From Chrysomallon squamiferum (taxonomy: Eukaryota > Animalia > Mollusca): DNA of 64,000 nt. The notes under the pieces were generated by a model. That model was not told the DNA's origin, ran no database searches, and was given only the letters and a program-made list of their open reading frames with translations. The stretch is from positions 12,214,001 through 12,278,000 of the forward strand of contig CM022666.1 in the NCBI GenBank assembly GCA_012295275.1, read 5' to 3'. Below, one piece after another: positions 12,401 to 26,207 of the stretch. The position numbers were made by a program, and so were the translations under genes. The first letter of the stretch is position 1, and each line of letters opens with the position of its first letter.

Positions 12401-15400
12401 GTTATGTGCTAATAGTAATTATTTATTTTATTTTTCAGGCTATGAGGCGATATCTTCTGCTTGGTCAGGGCGATTTTATCAGACATTTAATGGATCTTTT
12501 AGAGTAAGTGAACTATGCTTGTTTTTAATTTTTAATTGTTTAATCATTAAATAAAAGAAATATGTTTCAGACACTAACAAAACAAGTGTCATGAAATAAA
12601 CTCCTTAGTTGAAATATGTTTTGACAGCATGAGTCCTCAGTGGCCACATTGGTCTGGTCTCCATTTAATGCTGTTAGATTATCAGAGGTATTTCATTTCA
12701 TGAAAGATCTCTTGAAAAATTAATTAGTCCACAACATGACAGCAGCAGGTTTCCTGTCAGAGATGAAAAACGTTTTCATGTGTCTTTAAAGCATTTCTTC
12801 TTCTGTCCACCTCTTCAACACAGAAGTAGATTTTGTTTTTAATGTTATTAATGAGATAATCATGTTTTTAGGGAAGACTTGGCAAAGCCTGCCAGTAACT
12901 TGTATCTGCACAATCTGACTGGAATCCTCGAGACAGCAATAAGAGCCACTAATGCACAGTTTGATGATTTGGATATTCTAAAGAGACTGGATGTCAGGCT
13001 GCTAGAGGTAGGTTATTATATAACTAATAAAAATAAAATGATTTTAAATAGTTGGATGTCAGGCTGCTAATAAAAATAAAATGGATTTTAAATAGTTGGT
13101 CGTCAGGTTGTTAGATGTAACTAATAAAAATAAAATGATTTTAAATAGTTGGATGTCAGGCTGTTAGAGGTAGTTATTATATCACTAATAAAAATAATTT
13201 TGAACAACTGGGGTTGTTATCAAGTCAAATATTAATTCCTACTTACCATTCATTTATTTGTTTTGATATAATAATTTAACAGCTGCAATAATATAGAGAG
13301 TTGTGTAAACTATGTTAGCATATAGGATATAGTTGTCAAAAACAGTATCAAAGCATGTGCTTTATGCTGTTTATATAGTCTTACAAATATGTAGTTGAAT
13401 AGTTTCATCTTAATATGGAAGGCATGAATTAAAAATTTAAAAACAAAACAGTTCACTTTATTCTCTGGATTAACTGAGGACAGAGTAAGATAAGCTGGAG
13501 CAACTGAAGATTTTTGTAGATTTGTTTGGTGTGCAAAATGTATTTAAATGTTGCAACAAAATGTTTGAATAATTTCAGGTTTCTCCAGGAGACACAGGAT
13601 GGGATGTTTTCAGCTTGGACTATCACGTTGATGGACCAATTAGGACAGTATGTCTCATAAATTCAACTTCTTTTCTTTTATTGCTGTTATTTTGTATTGA
13701 GACTGAGAAATTTTAACTATATTTGATATACAGTATTTTAAAATACATTTTTCTGAATTTCAATAGGTTTTTAAAACTCCAACATGTATTGTTAAAATGA
13801 TAATATAATTATAAAACATGATTGAAACATTCAGTGTTTGTATGTTCTGTATTTAGGTTTTCACACCAGAATGTATTATCATGTACCTGCGAGTGTTCAA
13901 CTTTCTGTGGCGAGCTAAGAGGATGGAGTACTGTCTGACTCTGATTTGGAGAAACCAGATGTCGCATGCCAGAGTTCTTCATTCAATCCCAGGTCTGAAG
14001 TGTTTCCCACAGGTTTTTTTTTTTTTCTGAACTTTAGTGTCGTTTAACTACAGATTAACGATCTTAAATCTGAAACCAAAAATCTTCAAAGTACACAAAC
14101 TTATTTCTGTGTACAGCATCATTTATAGGAATATGTAGTTGATTGGTTTTTACTGAATATTTTCTTTACACATATTTTGATCTTACATTCAGTAAAGGAT
14201 AGCCATTCATTATGAGATGTAACAAATTAAAGGAAAAATTAGTTTTCACTTTCTTTTTTATAAATAATCATGATTGTTGGAACTAGTTGTAAGATACATC
14301 AGTAAATATCTTAACTTTTTAGTATTGTTTACAAATAAAAAGGTAAATATTCAATTTAAATTAACTTTATTCATGTATTTACTGTTCCAGTTGGTACAGT
14401 AGTATAATATTATAATATCAAAAATTAATATTTTCTTTTCCATGGGAAGGTATAAAAAATAATAACTTTCTGTTAATTGATAAAGTTAACTGATGGATGA
14501 GTGGCAATGGATTTACTTTCTCACATCCTTATGAAAAATCTATAAATTTTACATTCATTAACATTAATATTGTGATGTTAAAGTGTTTCACTAATTCAGA
14601 CAAAATCATATTTTTTACATACAGCTGTTAATATGAAAATATATTTGACATTTAGTAATGCTACTGGTAAAAATACTGTGAGATTTTATTTTTAAAAAAA
14701 AACTTGTTTTATTTCAGAGCTGTGGACTATATTACCACACTGTCATGTGCTTGGCTGTGAAATGGTTCACTTTATCCAGCAAGTCCAGTACTACATTAAC
14801 TTTGAGGTTTGTCAATGGAAGTTAAAATATTTCTATAACTTTTCCTTGCTTGTTATTAATATAAATGTTTTTAATTCTTTAAAAAGAAATATTCTTTACA
14901 TGTCTTTTTTCTTGCAAATAATTCATTATATCATTATATGTGGATACAAATAGCCATCAGTTGTTGTCAGATTACACAGATTCTAAATACCTTTTTTTTT
15001 TTTTTAAACTGGACTGTGCCTGAATAATTTGAGATAATGAAATTTTAAAATTATAGTGCTATGGTTTTGCTGTGTAATTTGAAATATTAAATTTTATAAT
15101 TATGATATGTAGCCTGAAAATATGGAAACATCAAAATTTTAAAATTACAGTTTTCAGGTACTGGAGTGTGCCTGTTTAATTTGAAATATTAAAATTCTTA
15201 AAATTACAATTTTCAGGTACTGGAGTGTGCCTGGGACGAGCTGCTGACGAAGGTGACAGAGGCTGAGGATCTTGACTACATCATCGCAGCTCACCAAGTG
15301 TTTCTTGACACCGTCATCTCACGATGTTTGCTGGATGAGAAATCACGGGTACTGTATGATTATCACAGCAAACTGTGACCTCTTGTAAATGGTTTTTGTT

Positions 15401-17268
15401 TATTTTGGAGACACAAATGTCTGAGACAAGCTGTCTCAGTTTTGTTTTTGTTCCAGCTAGAGCTCTTGAATTGTCTATCAAAAGCTGTTTCTGCTTTATA
15501 TCTCTATAAATGATCTCTGTTTCATAACAATTACAAGCATCTTTTGGATTTTTATATGACTGAACAATTACAAGCAACTTCTGGATTTAAATATGACTGA
15601 ACTGTGATACTGCATTCTAGAAATCTAACCAATGAACTACAGATTGCTGCTTAGAGACTGAAAATACTGTGGCTACATTATTTAATTAATTATTATAGAA
15701 ATATTTAAAATTTCATCACTTGAGTTTTCTCTACGATTTTTACTGTTCAAAACATAATTAGACTCTCTTTATATTTATTTTTCCAGGCCATTTTGACTCA
15801 GCTTCGGACCATTTTTGATTTGATAATTCAGTTTCAGACAGCACAGGAGAATTTTTACCATGCTGCTACGTCTGAGTTGGAATCCAGACAACATTTTGAA
15901 CAACTGAAACAGAAGAAAACTGATGAGGTAGGATTTGTCAAATAAATAAATAACCAAGTAAATAATGAAATAATGAAATAAATAAATAATGAAATAAATA
16001 AATAAATAAGAGAATATGGATAGTTTAATAAAAAAATAGTTAAAGAGAATTCTTTTAAAAAATGTACTGGAAGAGGCTTGAGGCCAGTCTTACACATGTA
16101 AATAAAGAAAGAAAAATTAAAAGAAAGGGTTAATATTTTAAAATGAAAAAAGACAGTTTAAACACGAACCAAAACATACAGATAGTTTAATCAAAAAACA
16201 CAGTTAAAGAGAATTATTTTTAAAAAACACACATTTGACAGAAACTTCCTAGGCCAGTCTTAGTTGGACATGTATTTTTATCCTATGGTAACCATTGTGT
16301 TTAATGACCAGGGTCAGTCCTATCAGGTAACCATAGTAACTCACACAGCTCACAGTGAAGAAGAAGGTAAAATAGAAGAGCTGAGTTTTTAGAAACACAG
16401 CTCATCCCATCAACAGGTAACCATAGTAACTCACACAGCTCACAGTGCTAGCTCAGTCCTATCAGGTAACCATAGTAACACACACAGCTCACAGTGCTAG
16501 CTCAGTCCTATCAGGTAACCATAGTAACTCACACAGCTCACAGTGCTAGCTCAGTCCTATCAGGTAACCATAGTAACACACACAGCTCACAGTGCTAGCT
16601 CAGTCCTATCAGGTAACTCACAGTGCTAGCTCAGTCCTATCAGGTAACCATAGTAACTCACACAGCTCACAGTGCTAGCTCAGTCCTATCAGGTAACCAT
16701 AGTAACTCCATCTAAAACTAACAAGAAGAAACAGTTAAAATTTAATATTAGTATTTTGAAACTGCTGAGTGACATTAAAAAAAAAAAAATACTGTTATGT
16801 TTAAACTAGTAACACAGCTCTTACAAGATGCTACAGTATATTTGTTTAAACTATTGTTCTTTGTTAGATATATGTAAAATCTACAATGAGAATGAATAAC
16901 AAATTAATAAATGAAAAAAGAGAAAAATGTTACAAGCATTTTGTTTCTATTAATATAAATTTGAAAAAAAAAAGAAAAAAAAAGGGAGAAATAAACCAGC
17001 TTAATCATTCAAGACTTGTCAGAAAAGAAATTTCAGTGTATTATTAATAAATAGTGAAATTAGAGCTTCAGTTTGTGTCTAAAGTGAATGTTTTTTATTT
17101 TAAAATAAATTTTAGGACATGGTTCAAGATTTCCTACGAATGCTGACCAGTCACCAGGATGTGAGTTTGAGGTTTCTGAGTTTCCGACTTGACTTCAATG
17201 AACACTACAAGTCTAGCAGTCAGTGCAAGAGTTCACTGACCTACCAGAGAAAGAAAAGAGCTGTGTGA
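3407..17268 (+). CDS. TUBGCP3: Gamma-tubulin complex component 3 (GCP3/Spc98), 26 coding exons; exon 25 is damaged in this sequence
   Basis: Exons: 3407-3491, 4237-4282, 4562-4623, 5258-5325, 5468-5542, 5996-6192, 6653-6747, 7117-7194, 7690-7808, 8300-8425, 8693-8761, 8950-9076, 9388-9482, 9943-10014, 10464-10574, 11253-11355, 11729-11856, 12439-12503, 12872-13007, 13579-13647, 13857-13992, 14718-14806, 15217-15348, 15787-15927, [~16312-16465 scrambled], 17116-17268. All introns are GT-AG and phase-consistent. Peptides [69 protein letters not shown] and [14 protein letters not shown] match GCP3. Confidence 0.97.
16312..16708 (+). repeat. 49-bp minisatellite derived from the 3' end of GCP3 exon 25 plus its splice donor
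   Basis: Unit CAGCTCACAGTGCTAGCTCAGTCCTATCAG|GTAACCATAGTAAC(T/A)CACA. Donor-like CAG|GTAAC sites occur after 16326, 16416, 16465, 16514, 16563, 16612, 16643 and 16692. Confidence 0.95.
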
Positions 17269-20200
17269 ATACATATACAGAAATAAATAGGGACGTGATA
17301 CATTTAAATACTAATACCGACATACTGCATGTGTGAAATATTTCAGTGGTTTACATATGTAAGATATTTCAACATTGACAAACTGGAGATGTTTTAATGT
17401 TACAAGTTGTACAGATGTGAGAGACTTCAATAGCACAACATACATAATTTCAGCATTACAAACGGTACAATATTTCAACATTATGAATAAATTGAATTGT
17501 ACAAATTTTCAACATTACAGTCTACTGCTGTTAGTTATTTTGACACTACAAGTGAAAAGGTGTAAAATTACGGGATTGAACAAGTATAATATGCTTTAAA
17601 ATGATCACCTCTACAAGTGTGATACATCTACATGTGCAAAATTTAAGTGCCAACCATTTTATATATTGACATAACATCTTATACTACAAGAATACAGTTA
17701 AAATATATATATATATTTTTTTTTTTATATGATTTAATAGATGAAGTTAAAAGAAGAAGAAGAAAAAAGAATTAATGTGTTTATGCTGTGTTGATACTGA
17801 ATGGCTTCTATTATCACAAACAAATAATGTAGCTATTTTCTGCTATACAGTTTATATGTATAGCTCAAATGTTATTAATGAAGTGAGGGTAGGCCCAGTG
17901 ATTAGTGAATGTCATGCAGATCTCAGTACAGAATCGTTCACTGGACAGTGTCAGATATAACCTCCTGGGTGACAGACAGGACACTCCTGATGTTGGAGAA
18001 CAGCTGATCAGTCCTTGAAAGCTGGACACCAACTGACCAGACTATCAACATTCTTCATGTTTTTCCCAGTCCATTATTATGATTTCTGTACCCCAAAAAA
18101 ATGTGCAAAATATTGTAATGTTAAATATAAAACAGAAAAACAAATCACATGACTTTGACAGAAAACATGGTACAGATGGTTTGGAGATTTGTCACACTGA
18201 GGAAAGAAAAAATTGATTCATCGTTATTATACATTTTATTTATCAAAAATTTGAATATCTTTTGATATATAGTATATACTGTACACTAAAACCCAAAATC
18301 GAATAGTTATTCATTCATTCATTCTTTTTCTTACAAGGTCTGACTTTGTACCAGCTGTTATTTAAATTGTTAAGTGAACTGTTCGTGAATAAATTAAGAG
18401 CTGGAAGTCTGCTTATGTCACTGTTGGCATGTGTGGCAATACATTTTCATGCAGGTGTATATTTTGAAAATGATCAGATGTACAGGAGTGGAAGAGACAA
18501 ACAGAAATGGTTTTTTAAACACTAGAGAATATTCTATGAATGTGACAATCAAAATCAAAATTATTTTAATCTTGCCACTAGATCTGATACAATGTGTCCA
18601 TGTTTAATGCCGTATACCTTTATTTCAGTGTATGTCTCAAAATGAAATGAAGAATTAAAATTATTAATGTTATTTTTTTCAAAAATGTTACTTGTAAACA
18701 TTAAAAATAATAAGTTATTGTAATTGCACTGATCAAGGACTGAGAGCAGCCCTGTTATATATATCTTGTGTGTGTGTGTTTGTTTAAATCAGGTAAGTCA
18801 CATTGCTGAAACCATGTTAAGATATCAAATGTTATAAATCAGATTAAAAACCCTGCTGAATCTACATTTAAATGTAAAAAAAAATTCTAGAAAGATGTAT
18901 GCTCATTTATTCATGATTATTATAACTGATACTCTTAATGTAGTTTTCTTCTGTTTTAATTCTCACAATGACTCTATCTTCACTTTTACTTCATCCCCAG
19001 AGCAATCTGTCAGTCAGTAAAGTTTGGTTGTGCTCTTACTGTTGTATGTCAGTTGATGTATACACAAAGGAACCCTCTTTCCAGTATTCAGTTGTTTCCT
19101 ACATAACCAGTTATAGTTTATATACACTCAAAAGTATAGAATATTTTAGAATATTCATTGTCATTCCTCTCCATGGTTTCTTATTCTCCAAAGCACATCC
19201 TATTTTTTAAGTATTAACAGATTTCTATTATACGGATGCTGAAAATTGTAGACTATTTGAAGGAAGATACTTTTAATGTTATGTTTTCAGTTCTGTAATT
19301 CACTTCACATTCTTTTTCTGTCAGCTTGAGATTCATTTTGGAAAAAATGTACATTTTAATTTATTCTCCCTCTGATTGCATAAACCTTTCTATAAATATG
19401 CCTTTTTTACCATATGTAGCTTATGTGAAAAATTACATTCTCATTTATCTTTGTTTTTATATTTTGTTTCATTCTAATATATATATATACAGAGAAAGAG
19501 AGAGAGAATTTTTTTTTGTACTTTCCCATGGTTCATCCTTTTTCCAATACATGAACCAGCATCAGAACAGCAGACAACTTACAAAATAACATGAGTTTTT
19601 TTATTCAATTATATTTCAGTTATCTAATTTTCCTCCATTCTCTTTTTTCTATATATACACAGAATTCAGTTTCAGATTATTTGAAATCACAACATTGTTT
19701 ATTATCTCTTCTTTGATTGTGTTTTCATAAATATGTAACAGATTTCAGTTTGTATCCCCATGTCATGGAGATCTGAATGAATATACACAGTAATTTACCT
19801 TTCTTAAAAATATTTTGTATTAATTTATTTTATTTTATATATACGAAATTTCTGAGATTTAATATCTAGTCTGGATTCAGTAAAGCATCAGATTTCATTT
19901 CTAAGATTTAATGTCTAGACTGGACTTAGCAGTGCGTTTATTGTTATTTCTAAGACTGGATTCAGCAATGTACCTAATATTATTTCTAAGATAAAATATC
20001 TAAAGTGGATTCAATAATGTAATAATTTCCTATCTTGTTAATAGATTTGTTTTTTCCTCGTAAGACTGTGGCACTGTGATGTGAAGTAAATTTGGAACAT
20101 CTGCAATTGTTTTGGAATATCAGATCTATCACTGATGGTCTCACTTGTAAACTTAATTCGTGTGTGTGTGTGCATGCATTTATATGCAGGTTTTGTAATA

Positions 20201-20613
20201 TTATTTTCCCAATAAAAAACGTTATATTGGTTAAATATTTTCTTAAAACTTCTTTTTTGACCAAGTTGTAAATCAATCAGAGTTTCTGAAAATTCGTTTA
20301 GGATTTTCAAGATGATTATAATTTTGTTTTCTTACTTAAAAGTATACGGAAAGGCAGCATCGTCCATGCACGAGAGATTTAATAAAACACTTGCTTCAGC
20401 TCAGTTAAGAAAATAACTACACATAAACAGAGTAGACCTATGAGTGGAGGCATCAAGAATCTTGTATTAAACAACAAAATAATTTAAAAAAAAAAAGAAC
20501 ACCTCTTATAATAAAGATACTGGAAAGGAATTGAATTATCTGAATTCAGAAGTTCGTAGGATGAAATTAATAAATAAATAAACAAACCAACAAATATATT
20601 TATAGCAGCAGTG

Positions 20614-21260
20614 TTACAGAATCCAGCCTATAACAACACCAGATAAAATCAACATGAATGAAAAGACCATGTCCTGTTTCGTAAAGATCTGTGTAAATGA
20701 AATCCCATTGTCCTTGGACCTCAGGAAAAATACAGTTAAAGGAACAAAAGTGTGCAGTATATCAGGAATCATTAATCCGAAGTCTCGACTGTTCTGATAA
20801 GCGTTTCCTAGACCTAACCACACGTTGAGGACAAACTGATCTGAACCGCTCACAAGAATGTGAACCAAGCTGATAACTGTGATTCCTAGAATCTTCCTCG
20901 CTGAAAGATCATTTTTACTGTTACATAAATTCAACACAATGGTGGTCACTACGATTTCTGAGAGAGAGAAATAAAGATGATGGTTAAAATACCAGAAAAA
21001 TTCGTCATTGTAGTAGTTAAAGAAGGACCACCAGCTGTAGTAGTGTTGGTAGATGTTGACGAGGTAGAGAAAGAACATGGACGAACGCAGGCAGTGTTTT
21101 CTGAAGAGTGACACCAGATATTTGACACTTTCGTAACACATCACCACAAACAACGTAGTCAAAGTCCAGATTTTAAATGACTCGGCTGTGGCATTGAAGT
21201 AGACATGTTTGTAGGAAACATAAACTGGTTTTTCGTAGCTACCTGCAAAATAAAGTAAAA

Positions 21261-21335
<75 letters not shown>

Positions 21336-21376
21336 AAAACTATTTTCAAAACATAAATGAGGTAAAAGAAACAAAG

Positions 21377-21407
<31 letters not shown>

Positions 21408-21751
21408 GAAGTAATAAATAAGCCCCGAATATTTTAATACCTTTAAAAATTGTGTCAAAACAGGAGCATGAGCAAGTCGTTCTGTTTACAGCTGGTTTGT
21501 TGGGAACCCACAGCAGACGATAGAATATACCTGAAAAATACATTTTAATACATCCTCGACAACATTATTACACCTAATATAAGTCTTAATTATTTATGAT
21601 TTTGTTAACGTTATTTATTTATTTAACAATTAAAACCAGAAAGCTCAGAAACAAACATCTGAGATGTTCCATTTCCTACGACTGTGTTTATTATTGCTGT
21701 GAACGGTATGTCCAGTCAAACACTCATTCGTACTACCTGTATTATACACAC

Positions 21752-21839
<88 letters not shown>

Positions 21840-22149
21840 CCTCCCTCTCGTACACGCATACACTCACTTTTTCTTAATTGTACTGTACCTTTCGATCTCC
21901 CTGAAAAACACGTATAGAAAAACATTTACAAATATATATTTACTACACAGTAGAGAAAGCGAATGTTATTATAATGTTTAATTAATAATCTTATCCAAGT
22001 ACAAAATAGAAACACATGTACTCACCAATATGAATAAATGGTAAAATGATAATAATGAACATTCCAAGTAAAATTCCAGCATTTTTGGAACAAAACTGGT
22101 AGACATAGTGGGTAAGACTCTTAAACTGTTTTTTGTCGTAACTGCCCAT
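20614..22149 (-). CDS. Uncharacterised ~7-TM membrane protein, copy 1 (280 aa), with a CxCxCFDTxFKG loop and an HYYSWW motif
   Basis: Coding exons 22149-22026, 21530-21441 and 21242-20614 (843 nt, GT-AG, phase 1/1). Sequence MGSYDKKQFK...GILLGMFIIIILPFIHIGIFYRLLWVPNKPAVNRTTCSCSCFDTIFKGSYEKPVYVSYKHVYFNATAESFKIW...GWIL*. A probable non-coding exon has its donor at 23171. Confidence 0.85.
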
Positions 22150-22549
22150 CAGCACATTTCAAACTGACTGCATAAAGAAGGAAATAGCAATAAAAAATTA
22201 GCTTTAGTTATACTGGTTGTATTATGAAGTATTATTATCTTATCAGTCTTTCAGCTAACTGATATTATTATCTTTAAGTATTGAAAGAAATCAGTCTTTA
22301 ACTTTAAACTAACTGTATAAAATGTATTATTATTTTGAAGAGTTGAAATATATCACCGTTTACATTCAGTGTAAATGATATTATTATCACGTTTTACCGT
22401 CATTACCTGTTGAAATACATTACTGTTTAGCATACAAATCATTTTTAACATTTGTTAGACTAGCTGTATTATCAAGTATTACTCTCTTCAAGGGTTTAAA
22501 TATATCTTTATTATATACAATGTGTTACTATTATCATGAAATAATATTC

Positions 22550-22597
<48 letters not shown>

Positions 22598-22883
22598 TGC
22601 AACAACAATCTTAATAACGACGACAAAACTACAACAACAGTAACAACAACGACAAAATTACAACAACAGCTACATAAGCGCTACCTACAAATTACAACAA
22701 CACTGAAAAACAGGTCACTGACACATCAGCATCTTTCACAGGCTAACGCGACAACGACGACGATGGTTGAGACAAAGAGACAGCAAGAGAGAGAAACAGA
22801 AATACAACAACAAAATAACAACAACTACAGCAACATCAACAATAATAGCTGTAGTACCAGTAGTCATCATCATAATAATAATG

Positions 22884-22919
<36 letters not shown>

Positions 22920-24888
22920 TAATAAAGTTGTACTGACGTCATAGTCCTACCAATACTAATAATAATAACAATAACTTAATACAGTTTTATTAAACTTGTA
23001 GTACTACTAGTAGTAACAATAATAATAACTTAATAAAGTTTTACTGAACTCGTAGTACTACTGGTAGTAACAATAATAATAACTTAATGAAGTTTTACTG
23101 AAGTCATTATTGTAGGTGTAGTTTTAACTTTTTTTTTTATAAATATTAGCATCACAGTAACATTTCTTACCTTTCCGTTCGATCTACTATGCTTATGTTA
23201 AAAAGTGCGTGCCAGTGAACACAACAGTTTAAGATAGAATCAAACAAATAGCTGAACAGAATACTCTAGAGGGTGCAGCTAGCGCAAGGTGGAAAGCGAT
23301 CACCTTTCTTTTATTTGAATGATTGTATTACATTACATTGTAACATTGTGGGATACCTTCGTTTTTTCTTCTTAAAAAAAAAGACTGAAGTATTTTAAGA
23401 TTAAAATGTTTTAAGAACACGTTTTTACTTTTTTTAAAAGACAGATAAAAGAGATGGATAAAGAAATTATTTTTTTTTTTTTTTTTTTTAATTAACAGTC
23501 GTAAATATTTATTTAATTTCACTGTAAGCACATATTAATCTTGTCTGGTTTTAAACGGTTAGTGATGCATTTAAATTAAAAACAAATATTTAAAAAATGT
23601 TTTAATTTATTATGTGTTTATGTTTAATTATAATTGTTTTAATTTATTTTATTATTTATTTATTATGTGTGCGTTTTTATAATTATTATTTTCATTTTAT
23701 TATATATCTTGTTCATGTTTTATTATCTTGTCTAACTGTACTAATATTTCTATTAATAACACTAACTAAGTTTCTTCTTAAAGATAAATGAGTAAATATA
23801 TGTGTACATTCCTAATACATGCATTAGGAAATAGAAGGTGTCAGCATATGATACACTTTTTAGAGAAAAAAGCTCAAGGGAAAAACGACATCAACACGCG
23901 AAACACCAAGATTTTTTTTTCGGTTGTATAAGGACCAAGAAAAACAAAGAATAACATAAAAGAAAGAAAGAAAGAAAGTAAAGAGAAACAAAAAAAGAAA
24001 GAAGAAAGAAAGAAAGAATTAAAACATTTAATATTTAATCTGAGTGTTTTGGGGTAAGTTGTAGTTTCGTTTTTACCTTTCACGCCACTGTGACATGATC
24101 GAAAGATAAAAAAAAAAAAAACAACAACAACAAAAAACCACCTGGGTATCATCTAATTTCATTAACAAATGTTCTGTTTCAGACGGTTGTCAAACGAAGT
24201 GGAACACAAATCGTGACACTCTACTGCGCTGTTTGTCCAGGAAACGTCACAAGATATTTTTCAGTTTTCTTTTTCTTGTTTTCTTTTTCAGTCTCTTTAA
24301 ACTGTCTTTTACTGAGAGTTTGTAAAATGCGCTTTAGAAATATCATGAAAACAACAACAAAAAAAAACAAAAAAAACACTCAACACTAAAACAAGGAAAA
24401 GCAAAATAGGACTGATTTATATTCTCAGGGACTGTTTCGTGTTTTAACGCTGTTCTGTTTTAGCAGGTCAAATCTAGTCAAAGTTCTTCATCAGTTTTCT
24501 ATTTTTGGGCTTTCCACATTTTATTTGTGTTTAGTTATATGAATCTAATATATTTTCTAGTATCAGAAGTAATCAATATTCGAATTCAACAGCCAAAGCA
24601 GAAAGTAAATTCAAATAATGATTATTTAAATGTTCCCGAATGCCTGTGGTTTCAATGATCACCCGGCTTGCTATAGCCTTAAAGCATCCGGGATAATATA
24701 TATTCCGATTTTAAACTGGGAATCATGTTACAGTTTATGGCTGTAATTCATATCGCCCTGTCTGTTAATTCTTTTCAATACGATTATTGATTTGTCAGCG
24801 AGACATTAAGTGATATCGGAGTACGTAATAAAAATATATACATTTACATGCATACGTTTATATATATGAATATATATGTACAGATACA

Positions 24889-24920
<32 letters not shown>

Positions 24921-26158
24921 CATATACATATATATATATAATAATAGCAATATTAATAACAACAAAAAAACAGCATACAAACTAAATAAATAAGCATTTG
25001 CTAGAAAAAAAAACTATTTTAAAAACAGATAAATGAGGTTAAAAAAAAAAAAAAATGGTAATAAAAATAAAATAACATCTAAAAAACAAGTAATAATTAA
25101 GCGTGACATTAAGTTAGCTCGGATTACGTAATATACGTTTACATGCATTCAGACAGGTACATACATAATATATACAGGAGGGTGCAAAAGTAGTTTACAG
25201 TTACAAAAACAAGAACGATAATAATAGCAACAAAAAACAGCAATCACACTAAATAAATAAGCATTAACAATATATTATTTTATTTAGTAGAAAAAGAAAG
25301 TAGCAGAAAAAGAGATAAGAAGTCAGTGTCACCCGTGTCTATGTCACGCTGACTTTTAAATATTACTAGGTCACGGTAAGATGATGTTACTGAGTACACC
25401 GAGGACAGACTGATATGTGTTCAGCATGTTACGGTTTTACAAGGGCTTGAAAAAAGTATTTTGCTAAGTTGTTTTTGGATTAAAGATATAATATTGTATT
25501 TATTAGGATACAATTTATATTACAATATTTTGTACAATTTAAACGTTCAGATCTATAACAAAACTAGGCTGTTTTTCTGGAGAGCTGAAGTTTTCTAGGT
25601 TATCTCTCTCATTTTTTCTTAAATACCTAACAGATTTCAGTTTGTATCCCATGTCATTGATTCCTCAGTGAATATACACAGTAATTTATCAACTGTGTGT
25701 TGATTTCTTAGAATTAGTTTCTCTTTTCTATACGATTGCAAGAGGAGATAACATATTTATTCATTACTACTACTACTGCTATTATTATTACTCCTGTTAC
25801 TGATAGTAGTAGTAGTAGTAGTTAATTAGAATTTTAAATTACGCCATTCGTTTTGACAAGTTGACTGACGTCTGTTCAAGTGAAACAAAACAGACGGATC
25901 AGAAACTAGCTCGTCATTTGTAGTTATATTTAGTAACGGGATTTCCCATCTATTAGATAACACAAAAACAAAGACAACAACAACAACAACATAAATAAAT
26001 AAATAAATAAAAAATAACAAAATTTGACAACATTTGACATTATATACTGACAAGCATATTTGACAAATTTGCTTATTTAGAGCATTTCTGAAAAAGACGA
26101 TTATTTCACAGTGTATTTATTTTTAATTTTGTTTAAATATATATACATGTGTCTCTCT

Positions 26159-26207
<49 letters not shown>

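Noticed and set aside
16312-16708. CRISPR-like regular repeat array
   Set aside because: The units are contiguous with no unique spacers, derive from a GCP3 exon/intron junction, and lie in a eukaryotic gene with no cas genes nearby.
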